Source: a virus. Taken from it: a stretch of DNA of 51,741 bases. The stretch is from IMG/VR virus record IMGVR_UViG_3300033075_001605; one strand, given 5' to 3'. Within the stretch, counting starts at the first letter, position 1. Each line of letters begins with the position of its first letter. Position numbers and translations under genes: made by a program. This document shows, one piece after another, positions 18,287 to 26,637 of the stretch. The notes under the pieces were generated by a model. The model made no database searches. It was not told where the DNA came from and saw only the letters and a program-made list of their open reading frames with translations.

Positions 18287-19397
18287 ACAGATAGGATGGG
18301 GCGTGTATTCTGGCTATGAAGGCCCGTCGTTCCATGGCTCCCAGCGCTACGTTCTTCCAGCTGAGCCAACGAAGGCTGACAAGCAAATAGCTGTCATCAC
18401 AGCCGCGGAAGGCGGGACGTATGACGGCATCAACATGTATGACAGCGGCATCATCAGCGTCGGGTTGATCCAATGGATCGAGTCAGGCCAGCACAGCGTG
18501 TCGAGCATGCTTGGAAAGGTCGCTGAGCTAAACGGAATCGACTTTGTCGTGTCGTGTCTCGGCCCTGCGCTTGCGCTTAGCAACGCACGGTTCCAGAAGA
18601 ACTCACGTGGCAAATGGCGTTTTTTCTTCAACGATGAACGCGGCGAGGTAGACACGCAGGACAAGCAACGGCAGCTGTTCCTTGGGTGTTCCGGGAAGCT
18701 GGGCGCGTGGACCCCAGAAGCCAGGCTTCTTGCGAAGACGTGGGCAGCATGCGTTGCCAGCGTATGGTCTGACGAAGGCGCCAAGCGTGCGCAGGTTAGC
18801 TACACCGCAGATCGCCTGATGGGATTCGTGCTTCCTTTTGGAAAAGCAGAGCTCTTTGACCAAGAGCCTGACGAAGGCTGGGTCGCAGCCACCAGAGCAG
18901 TATTCGTGTCGTTTGCAGTGAACCTTCCAGCCGCTGCTGAGGCCCAGCTCAAGGCTGCAATCAACCAGCTTAAGTCGCCTAAATGGAGCCCAAGCTGGTG
19001 CATCGGCCTCATCAAGCAGCTGACGTTTGGCCCTAAGATTCGCATCTATCCTCAGCGATATAACAACATCAGGCCCACGGTGGAGCGTCTATGGGGAATC
19101 CAGCTGCCAAAGACGGCAGATTCGCTAGCGATCTGGAATGAGCCAGAGCCCGTCGTGGAGCACGCCCCTGGGCCCACCCAGGCCTCCCAGGACGCACCAG
19201 AGCGGCCTTCGAACGGCCCTCAGGCCGCCCAGGAGGGTTCAGAAAACCCAGGACAGGTTGACCTACCTTTTCAGGACAAGGGCCTCGTGCTGTCACCTGT
19301 GGGTGATGTTTCGTCAGCGACTTCAAAGGCAAATTTCTGGAACGTTATCACGCAGATCATTAATGCTATCGTTCGCTTTTTTGTGAGGGCGAAGTGA
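18273..19397 (+). CDS. hypothetical protein, possible cell-wall hydrolase (GH108-like EGG motif) with C-terminal amphipathic helix
   Basis: AEGGTYDGINMYDSGIISVGLIQW resembles the EGGYxxxxxDxGGxTxxGI motif of GH108 lysozymes. The C-terminus is FWNVITQIINAIVRFFVRAK. The functional call is weak. Confidence 0.35.
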   Translation: MVSVEQIGWGVYSGYEGPSFHGSQRYVLPAEPTKADKQIAVITAAEGGTYDGINMYDSGIISVGLIQWIESGQHSVSSMLGKVAELNGIDFVVSCLGPALALSNARFQKNSRGKWRFFFNDERGEVDTQDKQRQLFLGCSGKLGAWTPEARLLAKTWAACVASVWSDEGAKRAQVSYTADRLMGFVLPFGKAELFDQEPDEGWVAATRAVFVSFAVNLPAAAEAQLKAAINQLKSPKWSPSWCIGLIKQLTFGPKIRIYPQRYNNIRPTVERLWGIQLPKTADSLAIWNEPEPVVEHAPGPTQASQDAPERPSNGPQAAQEGSENPGQVDLPFQDKGLVLSPVGDVSSATSKANFWNVITQIINAIVRFFVRAK

Positions 19398-19690
19398 GCG
19401 CACTCCTTAATGAATACATCAAATGTATCATCGTTGAGTTAAAGCGCGATGAAAACATGATCGACCTCCTGAAGACAACGCGCCTGAGGAAGCAATTCCC
19501 AAACGTGGAAAAGATCGCTGATGAATGGGCCAAGAAGCAGAAGGGTTTCAAGCAGGATCAGCTGCAATCAGCCCGGACGTTCGTCAACAGCAGGTTTCCA
19601 AAGCTGTATGCACAATCGCATGAGGATTTTGCTGCCACCAAACGAGCGTTGTTCGATGCGTTGAGCAGCCGGTTTAAGGTTGAGAAATGA
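19394..19690 (+). CDS. hypothetical small protein
   Basis: 98-aa ORF. The N-terminus MSALLNEYIKCIIVEL carries the shared [LIV]xE motif. It overlaps its neighbours by 4 nt. Confidence 0.5.
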   Translation: MSALLNEYIKCIIVELKRDENMIDLLKTTRLRKQFPNVEKIADEWAKKQKGFKQDQLQSARTFVNSRFPKLYAQSHEDFAATKRALFDALSSRFKVEK

Positions 19691-20214
19691 ATCAAAAGCT
19701 TTTACGAACATTTATTCGAGAGGTCATCAGCGATGGGTTCGGTAACAAGAACCTTGGAAAGGATGCGCCGGGCGGGAACCTTAGGTACGATGTTCAGGTC
19801 ACCGCGCGCGGCACCAACATCCTTGACGATGAAGCCGAAGAGGCATCTAAGCCTAGGCCTCGTGCAGCATGCGTGTTAATCATCGCTGACGACGGCAAGG
19901 TGTTGGCTGTCTCTAGGCGGAACGACCCAACCGCGTTTGGGCTTCCTGGGGGCAAGGTTGACCAGGGCGAGCAGCCAGCTGACGCAGCAGCTCGAGAGCT
20001 TAAGGAGGAAACCGGCCTAGACGTTGCTGGGCTTCGTCCCGTCTTTGTTCACAAGGAAGATGACGGCTACGAGACCACGACGTTTATCGGAAGCGTCAGC
20101 GGGAAAATTGACACCAAGGAAGAGGGCGTCATCCGTTGGGTCGACCGTGAGGTGCTGTTCAACGGGCCGTTTGGAAGGTACAACCGCAAGCTGTTTGCTA
20201 CGTTGGGCCTTTGA
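19687..20214 (+). CDS. NUDIX hydrolase (second copy)
   Basis: Nudix box GGKVDQGEQPADAAARELKEETGL. The N-terminus MNQKLLRTFIREVI carries the shared motif. Confidence 0.75.
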   Translation: MNQKLLRTFIREVISDGFGNKNLGKDAPGGNLRYDVQVTARGTNILDDEAEEASKPRPRAACVLIIADDGKVLAVSRRNDPTAFGLPGGKVDQGEQPADAAARELKEETGLDVAGLRPVFVHKEDDGYETTTFIGSVSGKIDTKEEGVIRWVDREVLFNGPFGRYNRKLFATLGL

Positions 20215-20236
20215 TAAACGCGCGCATAGTTAGCTC

Positions 20237-20917
20237 ATGCGGCAGATTAGGGTTCTTAAAGAAGCTATCCGGATGATGGTGGAGGCTGCTGTCAGCGGCG
20301 AGCAGGCAGTGAAAGAAAGGCTTGCGTTGTTTCGCGGCCAGAAAGGGCCTCATTACTACTACGTCCTATACGACCCCAAGGCGTTGGTTGACGAAGCGAG
20401 CGACGATGGTTTCTTCAGCATGAGGTTCAACCGTTCGCTAGACCAGATCGTGCTAGGATTTATCAAGGGTGAGCCTCGCGAAGGAGCCTGCAACGACGCC
20501 ATGGAAATCAAGATGTCAGCTGCGTCAAAGGGTTACGGCCCGTTGATGTATGACATCGTCATGAGCGACGGAACAGGCGGAATCGTGCCTGACAGGATAA
20601 GCACGTCAGGAAGGGCAAAAAACGTCTGGAAGCACTATTCGTCAAAACGCGCTGACGTCAAAAAGGTGCCGCTGGATGACTACGACAACCCCAAGACGCC
20701 TGACCCATGCGACGACTGCCAAATCGTCAAAGACGATGATGACGTCTTGAACTACTCGTACGACGGCCCAGGGCAGCCAGCAGCTAAGTCTAAGCTCATG
20801 AACGTGCATGACGATGTCGTCGCTGGCCTCGTAGAACGCGGCATCAAAAGGCAGGCGATTGAGCTGATGTTGATGCGGATGGGCCAGGCATTGTTTGACG
20901 CCAAGTACAGTGAATGA
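20237..20917 (+). CDS. hypothetical protein
   Basis: 226-aa ORF. The N-terminus MRQIRVLKEAIRMMVEA carries the shared motif. Confidence 0.6.
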   Translation: MRQIRVLKEAIRMMVEAAVSGEQAVKERLALFRGQKGPHYYYVLYDPKALVDEASDDGFFSMRFNRSLDQIVLGFIKGEPREGACNDAMEIKMSAASKGYGPLMYDIVMSDGTGGIVPDRISTSGRAKNVWKHYSSKRADVKKVPLDDYDNPKTPDPCDDCQIVKDDDDVLNYSYDGPGQPAAKSKLMNVHDDVVAGLVERGIKRQAIELMLMRMGQALFDAKYSE

Positions 20918-20966
20918 AACTTGCCCATGGCATAGTGTAAGGTGTTGTCGCTAGACACACGGTAAG

Positions 20967-21461
20967 GTGATGAACATCTTTGTGCTCGACAAGGATCCCG
21001 TCCAGGCTGCACGGGACATGTGCAACAAACACGTCTGCAAGATGGTCATTGAATCTGCGCAGCTGCTTTGCACTGCCATGCACCTAAACGGAACATCGAT
21101 AAGCCAGCTTCCATATAGGCCGACACACGCCAGGCACCCGTCATCAGTGTGGACGGCGGCTAGCCCAGACAACACAGCGTGGCTGTGGCTTCACGCGTTA
21201 GAGCTGCGTGATGAATACGAGCGACGTTACCGCAAGCGACACAAGACATCGCTAGCGTTGGCTGCGTTGCAACAGCTGGTTCCTGTCGGCGACTGGCGCT
21301 CCCACACGCCGTTTGCTCAGGCTATGCCTGATGAGTGGAAAAACCCAGACGCTGTGCTTGCGTATCGTTGCTACTACATTGCAGAAAAGTCTACGTTTGC
21401 GCGTTGGGCGCCTAGGGCTTCACCACCAGCTTGGTGGCCTTTCAAGGAGGAAGAACGATGA
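20967..21461 (+). CDS. hypothetical protein
   Basis: 164-aa ORF whose stop overlaps the next start (ATGA). Confidence 0.55.
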   Translation: MMNIFVLDKDPVQAARDMCNKHVCKMVIESAQLLCTAMHLNGTSISQLPYRPTHARHPSSVWTAASPDNTAWLWLHALELRDEYERRYRKRHKTSLALAALQQLVPVGDWRSHTPFAQAMPDEWKNPDAVLAYRCYYIAEKSTFARWAPRASPPAWWPFKEEER

Positions 21462-22537
21462 TTCGCTTTGAACCTGGGTTTGTCGCAGACCTAAAACGCG
21501 ATCTAATGAACGTTGATGAAGACACAAAGGTTCGTCTTGCCAGGGTCGGTTCGTTGACAGAGGACGAGCTGCTGCGGCTGGTCACAAACCCACCGAACCA
21601 TGATGTTTTTGACGTTGATCACCCAGCGATCAACGACGTGGTTCCATACGATGACCTAACCTCTTGGCAGCTGGGCGTTGAAGCTGTCGATAGGGGTGAA
21701 GTAGCGTTTGTTGTTCTTGCGGGGGGAACCGAAACGCATTTAGGGTTGCCTAAGGCGTTAACAAAGCTTCCCAGGCTGGGAATTTCGTTGTTGGCGATCA
21801 AGCTAACGCAAGCTAGCTTTATGACGAAGGACAGCCATCACAAAACTCCCGTCTGGATCATGACGTCACCTGCATCGTTCGCGCAGGTAGGTGAACACAT
21901 AGCTAGCATCAACTCACCCGCATCTGGCGTCATTTTTGAACAGTTCCAATCATATCGCCTGTTGCCGAACAATTCGCTTAGCTGGATGCCTGACGGTCAA
22001 CCCAACCTTTATCCTACGGGGCACGGAGACGTTGGGCCAGCTTTGGTGGAGTCTGGCATCCTTGAACAGCACGCGAACGTGAAGCACGTGGTCATCGTTA
22101 ACTGTGACAATGTGTTGGCTTCGCTGGATCCTCACGTCATCGGCCATCACATCAAATCAGGGAATGATGTTACGTGTGAAATCGTTAAACGACAAAAAGG
22201 TGACGCTGGGGGCGTGCTCTGCTGGGCAAACAACAAGCTTCAGGCGATCGAATGCTTCAGGCTACCCACGAATTTTGTTGATGAAGCGGTCTATCAAAAC
22301 ACCAACACATTCATCGTCAACGTAGCAGCGTTAAAACGAAGCATGGCATGGCGTTGGCACAGGCTTCGCAAGCTCGTCGACAACACCGTCTTTGTCCAGC
22401 ATGAACGCCTGCTTCAGCAGCTGACTGAAGAACACAGCACCGGGTACGTTCTCGTGGATAGGGAACGACGTTACCTGCCTGTCAAGACGAAAGCAGGTTT
22501 GGTCGCCGCCGACGACATGCTCAGCTGGGAGAAATGA
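21458..22537 (+). CDS. UDPGP-family nucleotidyltransferase (UTP:sugar-1-phosphate uridylyltransferase-like)
   Basis: VLAGGTETHLGLPKAL is the GGxGTxxGxxxPK motif. YPTGHGDV is the PxGHGD signature. IVNCDNVLA is the NxDN motif. GGAGGAAGAACG precedes the ATG at 21458. Confidence 0.7.
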   Translation: MIRFEPGFVADLKRDLMNVDEDTKVRLARVGSLTEDELLRLVTNPPNHDVFDVDHPAINDVVPYDDLTSWQLGVEAVDRGEVAFVVLAGGTETHLGLPKALTKLPRLGISLLAIKLTQASFMTKDSHHKTPVWIMTSPASFAQVGEHIASINSPASGVIFEQFQSYRLLPNNSLSWMPDGQPNLYPTGHGDVGPALVESGILEQHANVKHVVIVNCDNVLASLDPHVIGHHIKSGNDVTCEIVKRQKGDAGGVLCWANNKLQAIECFRLPTNFVDEAVYQNTNTFIVNVAALKRSMAWRWHRLRKLVDNTVFVQHERLLQQLTEEHSTGYVLVDRERRYLPVKTKAGLVAADDMLSWEK

Positions 22538-22538
22538 C

Positions 22539-22979
22539 GTGCCCATCAAGAAAGGTTGGGTCCCACCAGTCAGCCCGTTTGGCCTGATCCAGGAACAGCT
22601 TTGGCCGAACGAATGGCGTGTGCTTGTTGCGTGCATGATGCTGAACTGCACGCAGCGAAAGCAGGTTGAGAAGGTGCTTCCAGAGTTTTTCAGAAGGTGG
22701 CCAGACGCTGAGTCATTTGTCATGTGTGACGTCAATGAGGTCGCTAGGCTCTGTCGTCCACTTGGTTTTGCAAACAGACGAACGAACAACCTTGTCAACA
22801 TGTCAAAAAGGTACGTTGCTGGTGGATGGAGCCACGTGAGTGAGCTTCCAGGCATCGGTTTGTATGCATCACGTGCGTGGGAGATCATCTGTCGTGGCGA
22901 GCTCGGTAGCTCGCCACCAAACGACCACGCCTTGAAGGACTACTTCACATGGGCAAGCATGCATAAGCTAGGAGCATAG
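22539..22979 (+). CDS. HhH-GPD DNA glycosylase (MBD4/MIG-like minimal glycosylase domain)
   Basis: WRVLVACMMLNCTQ...LCRPLGF...LPGIGLYASRAWEIICRG is a helix-hairpin-helix with the Gly/Pro...Asp pattern. Confidence 0.6.
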   Translation: MPIKKGWVPPVSPFGLIQEQLWPNEWRVLVACMMLNCTQRKQVEKVLPEFFRRWPDAESFVMCDVNEVARLCRPLGFANRRTNNLVNMSKRYVAGGWSHVSELPGIGLYASRAWEIICRGELGSSPPNDHALKDYFTWASMHKLGA

Positions 22980-23000
22980 CAGTAGATACATGATGCCTAG

Positions 23001-23321
23001 TTGGCATACTATTATTGCGTGAAAAACGCTCAAAAGCTTATGGACAGGGCTGGCATAAAAAAGCCTAGGGCTCCTCGTGCAAAGAAGCTAAAGGTCGATC
23101 TGACAAGCCTACCAGATGCCATCGTTGACGGAAAGCTAACTGTTCCCGTCAACGGTAAAGTCGTCTTTGTGCGGTCGCTCGACCAAAAGCAGGTTGTTCA
23201 CAAAGGCTATGTGTTTAGCGTTGACCTAGAAAAGGGTGACGTAACGCTTTGGGATGAAACCAGGGAGCAGTTCTACAGCTTTAACGTCAAAGAACCGCCC
23301 GTGATCAAGGTCATTTCCTAG
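23001..23321 (+). CDS. hypothetical protein
   Basis: 106-aa ORF that converges on, and overlaps by 11 nt, the protease gene. Confidence 0.45.
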   Translation: MAYYYCVKNAQKLMDRAGIKKPRAPRAKKLKVDLTSLPDAIVDGKLTVPVNGKVVFVRSLDQKQVVHKGYVFSVDLEKGDVTLWDETREQFYSFNVKEPPVIKVIS

Positions 23322-24111
23322 ACGGTTGCTGTCGACCCAAAAACTGCTTGATTGTGTCAAGGTGAACGAAAAAGCTCTCGTTCGGCGCGCCAAAAACAAA
23401 CGACGCTACGCCCACGAGCTCACCGTCGTCGTTAAACCCACCTCCGCCAGAGTTTCCTCGAAACACCTCGCCCGCGACCTGAAGGAACGGACCTTTCAGG
23501 TTTGTTGCAATGAAGTTTTCTTCTCTGTATGCCGCGGCGACGCATTTGGTGTATGTCCAAAGCAGCTGGGTGACATGGCCCATGATGTGAATGTTTTCAC
23601 CGACAGCAGGCGTGGAGCGTGCAAGCGGGATCACGGGATGCATCGGCATGAACTTTTCGTTTGTGACCTGTAGCAACGCAAGGTCGTGTTCCTTGTCGTG
23701 CTTGACGATCTTGGCCTGGTACACCTCTTTTGGTGTTCTGCCGACCCCATTAGAGTCCTTGTCAACAACGTAGCTTACGTTGAAGCCGTCTTCGAGCAGT
23801 TGAACGCTGTTTTCCAGCACGTCAGCGTCTTCGAAGCCTGTCGCGACAGACAAAATAAGCTTTTCGACTGGTACTCTGGCGCAGTGGTCGGCGGTCAGGA
23901 TCTTGTCTTTTGCCACCCACACTCCCGTGCAAAACGTGAAGACATCGCCGTCTTCGTCCTTCACGACCAGGGCAACGGTGCCGTGCGTGATCTTTTCGAT
24001 CATCGTCTGCCGTGACTCAGGATGCCGTAACCCAGTGTGAACGCAGCAACCAGCCAATGCGCTAAAGAGAATGAACAAAAAGGCAGGAAACAGCTTTCTC
24101 ATGGGCACCAC
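23311..24111 (-). CDS. secreted trypsin-like (S1) serine protease, probable lipoprotein
   Basis: The signal peptide ends in LAGC. TADHC is the His motif and GNSGGG the Ser motif (GDSGG variant). Confidence 0.75.
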   Translation of the reverse strand: MVPMRKLFPAFLFILFSALAGCCVHTGLRHPESRQTMIEKITHGTVALVVKDEDGDVFTFCTGVWVAKDKILTADHCARVPVEKLILSVATGFEDADVLENSVQLLEDGFNVSYVVDKDSNGVGRTPKEVYQAKIVKHDKEHDLALLQVTNEKFMPMHPVIPLARSTPAVGENIHIMGHVTQLLWTYTKCVAAAYREENFIATNLKGPFLQVAGEVFRGNSGGGGFNDDGELVGVASFVFGAPNESFFVHLDTIKQFLGRQQPSRK

Positions 24112-24340
24112 CCTTAAAATAGACTATAGGCGCTCGCGCACTTGAAAGCGTCTAAACGTTTTGTTTGCGAAATTGGTCGCGTTGTTGCATAGGAATTGCA
24201 TTAACTGCGCAAGCGGTTAAGCATGTAAATCTTTAACCGTCAGAGTAAGTTGCTAACAAACTAATGGGTTACCTCCTACGCAAGATCGCGACAGAGGGCG
24301 TTTACGGTCAGCCTTCAAAGAACGGTACAAGAAAACTCAA

Positions 24341-24946
24341 ATGATTGAGAACAACGACAACAAGATGATGTTTAGTCGAGCCAGCAAGCAGCCAACGATC
24401 AACTGGGAGCTGATCGGGCGAGCAGTTCACTATTACAAACGTCTTGGCTACAGGTACACGGAAGTTCCATGGCTTGTCAGCAACGAAGCTGTTACAGCAA
24501 CCTTGCCGCAAGACAAAAAACCGTTTCAGACAGTTCATGGGTGTCTCGTTGGCTCTGCCGAGCAATCATTCATCCACATGATGATGTCTGGAGAGCTTGT
24601 TTCTGGGCGTTACTGCGCTTGTTCGCCGTGTTTTCGAGACGACGCATTAGACGATATTCACCAGCTTCACTTCATGAAGGTAGAGCTGATCCATTTTGAA
24701 CGTGGGAACATTGACGATCACGACGCAAGCGTTGCTGAAGCATGCCAGGCCGCCGACAGCTTCTTTCGTAGCCTAGGCGCATACGACACCAAGCTCGTTC
24801 AGACAGCAGACGGCTTTGACATCGAGATTAACGGCATTGAGGTTGGAAGCTACGGCCACCGAACGTTCAACGAGTTTAGCTGGGTGTATGGCACTGGGAT
24901 CGCAGAGCCTAGATTTTCGATCGCAAATAGCCGGGGTCGTGCGTGA
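24341..24946 (+). CDS. class II aminoacyl-tRNA-synthetase-like catalytic core (AsnA/EpmA/HisZ-like minimal paralog)
   Basis: SPCFRDDALDDIHQLHFMKVELIHF matches aaRS class-II motif 2 (FRxE...HxxEFxxxE). YGTGIAEPRF matches motif 3 (GxGxGxER). The protein is only 201 aa, so it is not a full synthetase. Confidence 0.5.
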   Translation: MIENNDNKMMFSRASKQPTINWELIGRAVHYYKRLGYRYTEVPWLVSNEAVTATLPQDKKPFQTVHGCLVGSAEQSFIHMMMSGELVSGRYCACSPCFRDDALDDIHQLHFMKVELIHFERGNIDDHDASVAEACQAADSFFRSLGAYDTKLVQTADGFDIEINGIEVGSYGHRTFNEFSWVYGTGIAEPRFSIANSRGRA

Positions 24947-25257
24947 GCTACGACAGGCAGCTAGTGTCTGATGCAGTTGAAGCTGACTTTGCTTCTTTGT
25001 TTGAGCCATATGCCAAGAGACGCCCAGAGAACTGGGCGTGCAGCCAATCAACGCGCGACATTGTAAGCATCGGTGCCTGGGTCGACAGGGAGCTACGAAG
25101 GCTTCAGGCTGACGATGAAGACAGACGAATCCTCTTGCACGCATACACGCGTCGTACATCTAGGGAGCTAGACCCATTTGATGTTGCTGCAAAGATCATG
25201 AATGAGTTTTTGGCTGGTGTAGTCAACAGGAACCCATCACATAGAAGGTGGGGATGA
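24943..25257 (+). CDS. hypothetical protein
   Basis: 104-aa ORF with a 4-nt overlap with the upstream gene. Confidence 0.5.
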   Translation: MSYDRQLVSDAVEADFASLFEPYAKRRPENWACSQSTRDIVSIGAWVDRELRRLQADDEDRRILLHAYTRRTSRELDPFDVAAKIMNEFLAGVVNRNPSHRRWG

Positions 25258-25295
25258 CAGTGAAAATGTGCTCAAGAAAAGTTTAAGGATAGCTC

Positions 25296-26324
25296 ATGAG
25301 CCACTTTACTGTCACTGTCAAGCTTTCGGCTGAACGCTTGATGAAGCACAAGAATGATGTTGATAGCGCACTCAACGAGATCCTTGCTCCGTACAATGAA
25401 GCAACGAGCGACCCAAGCCTAACTGAGTTCGTTGACGTTACGGACGAATACAGCGTCAAGTATGCCTCTGAGGCGATTGAGCAGGTCAGGCTAGACGATG
25501 GCACGTTTGTTTGGCCTTATGACGAGCGATTCCGTGTCAAGGATACGTTTGGAACTGGACGCAACACTCACAAGGCGCCAGAAGACAAGCTCGTCAACCG
25601 CTCCGCAGAAGAGGTGTATGGATCTTTCGAAAACTACATGAAGGAGTACTGCGGTTACAAGAAGAACAGCAAAGGCCGTTACGGTTACAGTCACAACCCC
25701 AACGCAAAGTGGGACTGGTGGGTGATCGGAGGGCGATGGACAGGGCACTTCCCTCTTAAGAAGTCTTCTCTTAGGATCCTTGGCGAAAGCGGTTCGTTCA
25801 ACAACCTGCCTGCCGAAGGACACGGTGATCTCGTAAAGGTAGGCGATATCGATCTTGATGCAGTGGCTCAGCAGGCGAAAGAGCAGGCAAAGAACTTCTT
25901 TCTTGAATACCAGGAGCTGCTCCAGGGTAAGACGTTCTTGGCGTTTGATGGCCCGCGCAGCACTGCGCTGCGTTTGGGGCTCATCAAGGTCGTAGAAAGC
26001 GCAGCAGACGCTGGACTTAATGAGGTTGCTGTTTCATGGGCAAGCTTCGTTAGCCCTGACAACGAGCGCGCGACATGGACCGACCTATGCAAGGTGATCT
26101 CACTCGACGAGTTTCTTGATCGGTACACCGATTGCTTCAACCCAATCGCAACGTATGCCGTTTTGGATGATGAGGGTTGGCATGCACCCGGAGAGATGGG
26201 GTGGTTTGGGCTGTCAACTGACAGCAGCGATGACTACGTTGCTTTTAAGAAAGCTTTCATGCAGCGCGTTATCAAGTCAGCAAAGCCTGACGACACGCTT
26301 GTCTGTGTTGACTGTCACATCTAA
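25296..26324 (+). CDS. hypothetical protein
   Basis: 342-aa ORF. Confidence 0.65.
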   Translation: MSHFTVTVKLSAERLMKHKNDVDSALNEILAPYNEATSDPSLTEFVDVTDEYSVKYASEAIEQVRLDDGTFVWPYDERFRVKDTFGTGRNTHKAPEDKLVNRSAEEVYGSFENYMKEYCGYKKNSKGRYGYSHNPNAKWDWWVIGGRWTGHFPLKKSSLRILGESGSFNNLPAEGHGDLVKVGDIDLDAVAQQAKEQAKNFFLEYQELLQGKTFLAFDGPRSTALRLGLIKVVESAADAGLNEVAVSWASFVSPDNERATWTDLCKVISLDEFLDRYTDCFNPIATYAVLDDEGWHAPGEMGWFGLSTDSSDDYVAFKKAFMQRVIKSAKPDDTLVCVDCHI

Positions 26325-26337
26325 CGTTCTAGCTAAC

Positions 26338-26541
26338 GTGAGCGAGCTTCAAACATACTACTTCCCAAGAGACCATCACATCTTGTCGTGTGAGAGCTTT
26401 ACACATGCTGTGTACCTCGCGCCTGGCGCATTGGTCAGACACGGTTACCAAGAAGGCTCGAGAGGCATCTTGATCGCGTCTAGTGAGCATTTTTTGACCG
26501 TGTTATGGTCTGTTCCACCGCGTCCGTTCCGCACCAAGTGA
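26338..26541 (+). CDS. small protein, member of the xPGDLV/GIVV/W paralog family
   Basis: The GTG start is inferred from the sequence ...YLAPGALVRHGYQEGSRGILIASSEHFLTVLW. It is the 3' part of ORF 26116..26541. Confidence 0.35.
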   Translation: MSELQTYYFPRDHHILSCESFTHAVYLAPGALVRHGYQEGSRGILIASSEHFLTVLWSVPPRPFRTK

Positions 26542-26637
26542 CTTAACGTCATCCTCAGAGAACGCGCTATGTTAGCAACGCTCAGCGTAACAAATACATG
26601 CCATGCAGTAAGGTGATCACCTTCACAAGGATCCTAA

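Noticed and set aside
20967-21461. 164-aa ORF as a T4 endonuclease V-like pyrimidine-dimer glycosylase
   Set aside because: Only a vague resemblance near the N-terminus (NKHV versus DQHL). The expected N-terminal Thr and Glu23 context is absent. It is left as hypothetical.
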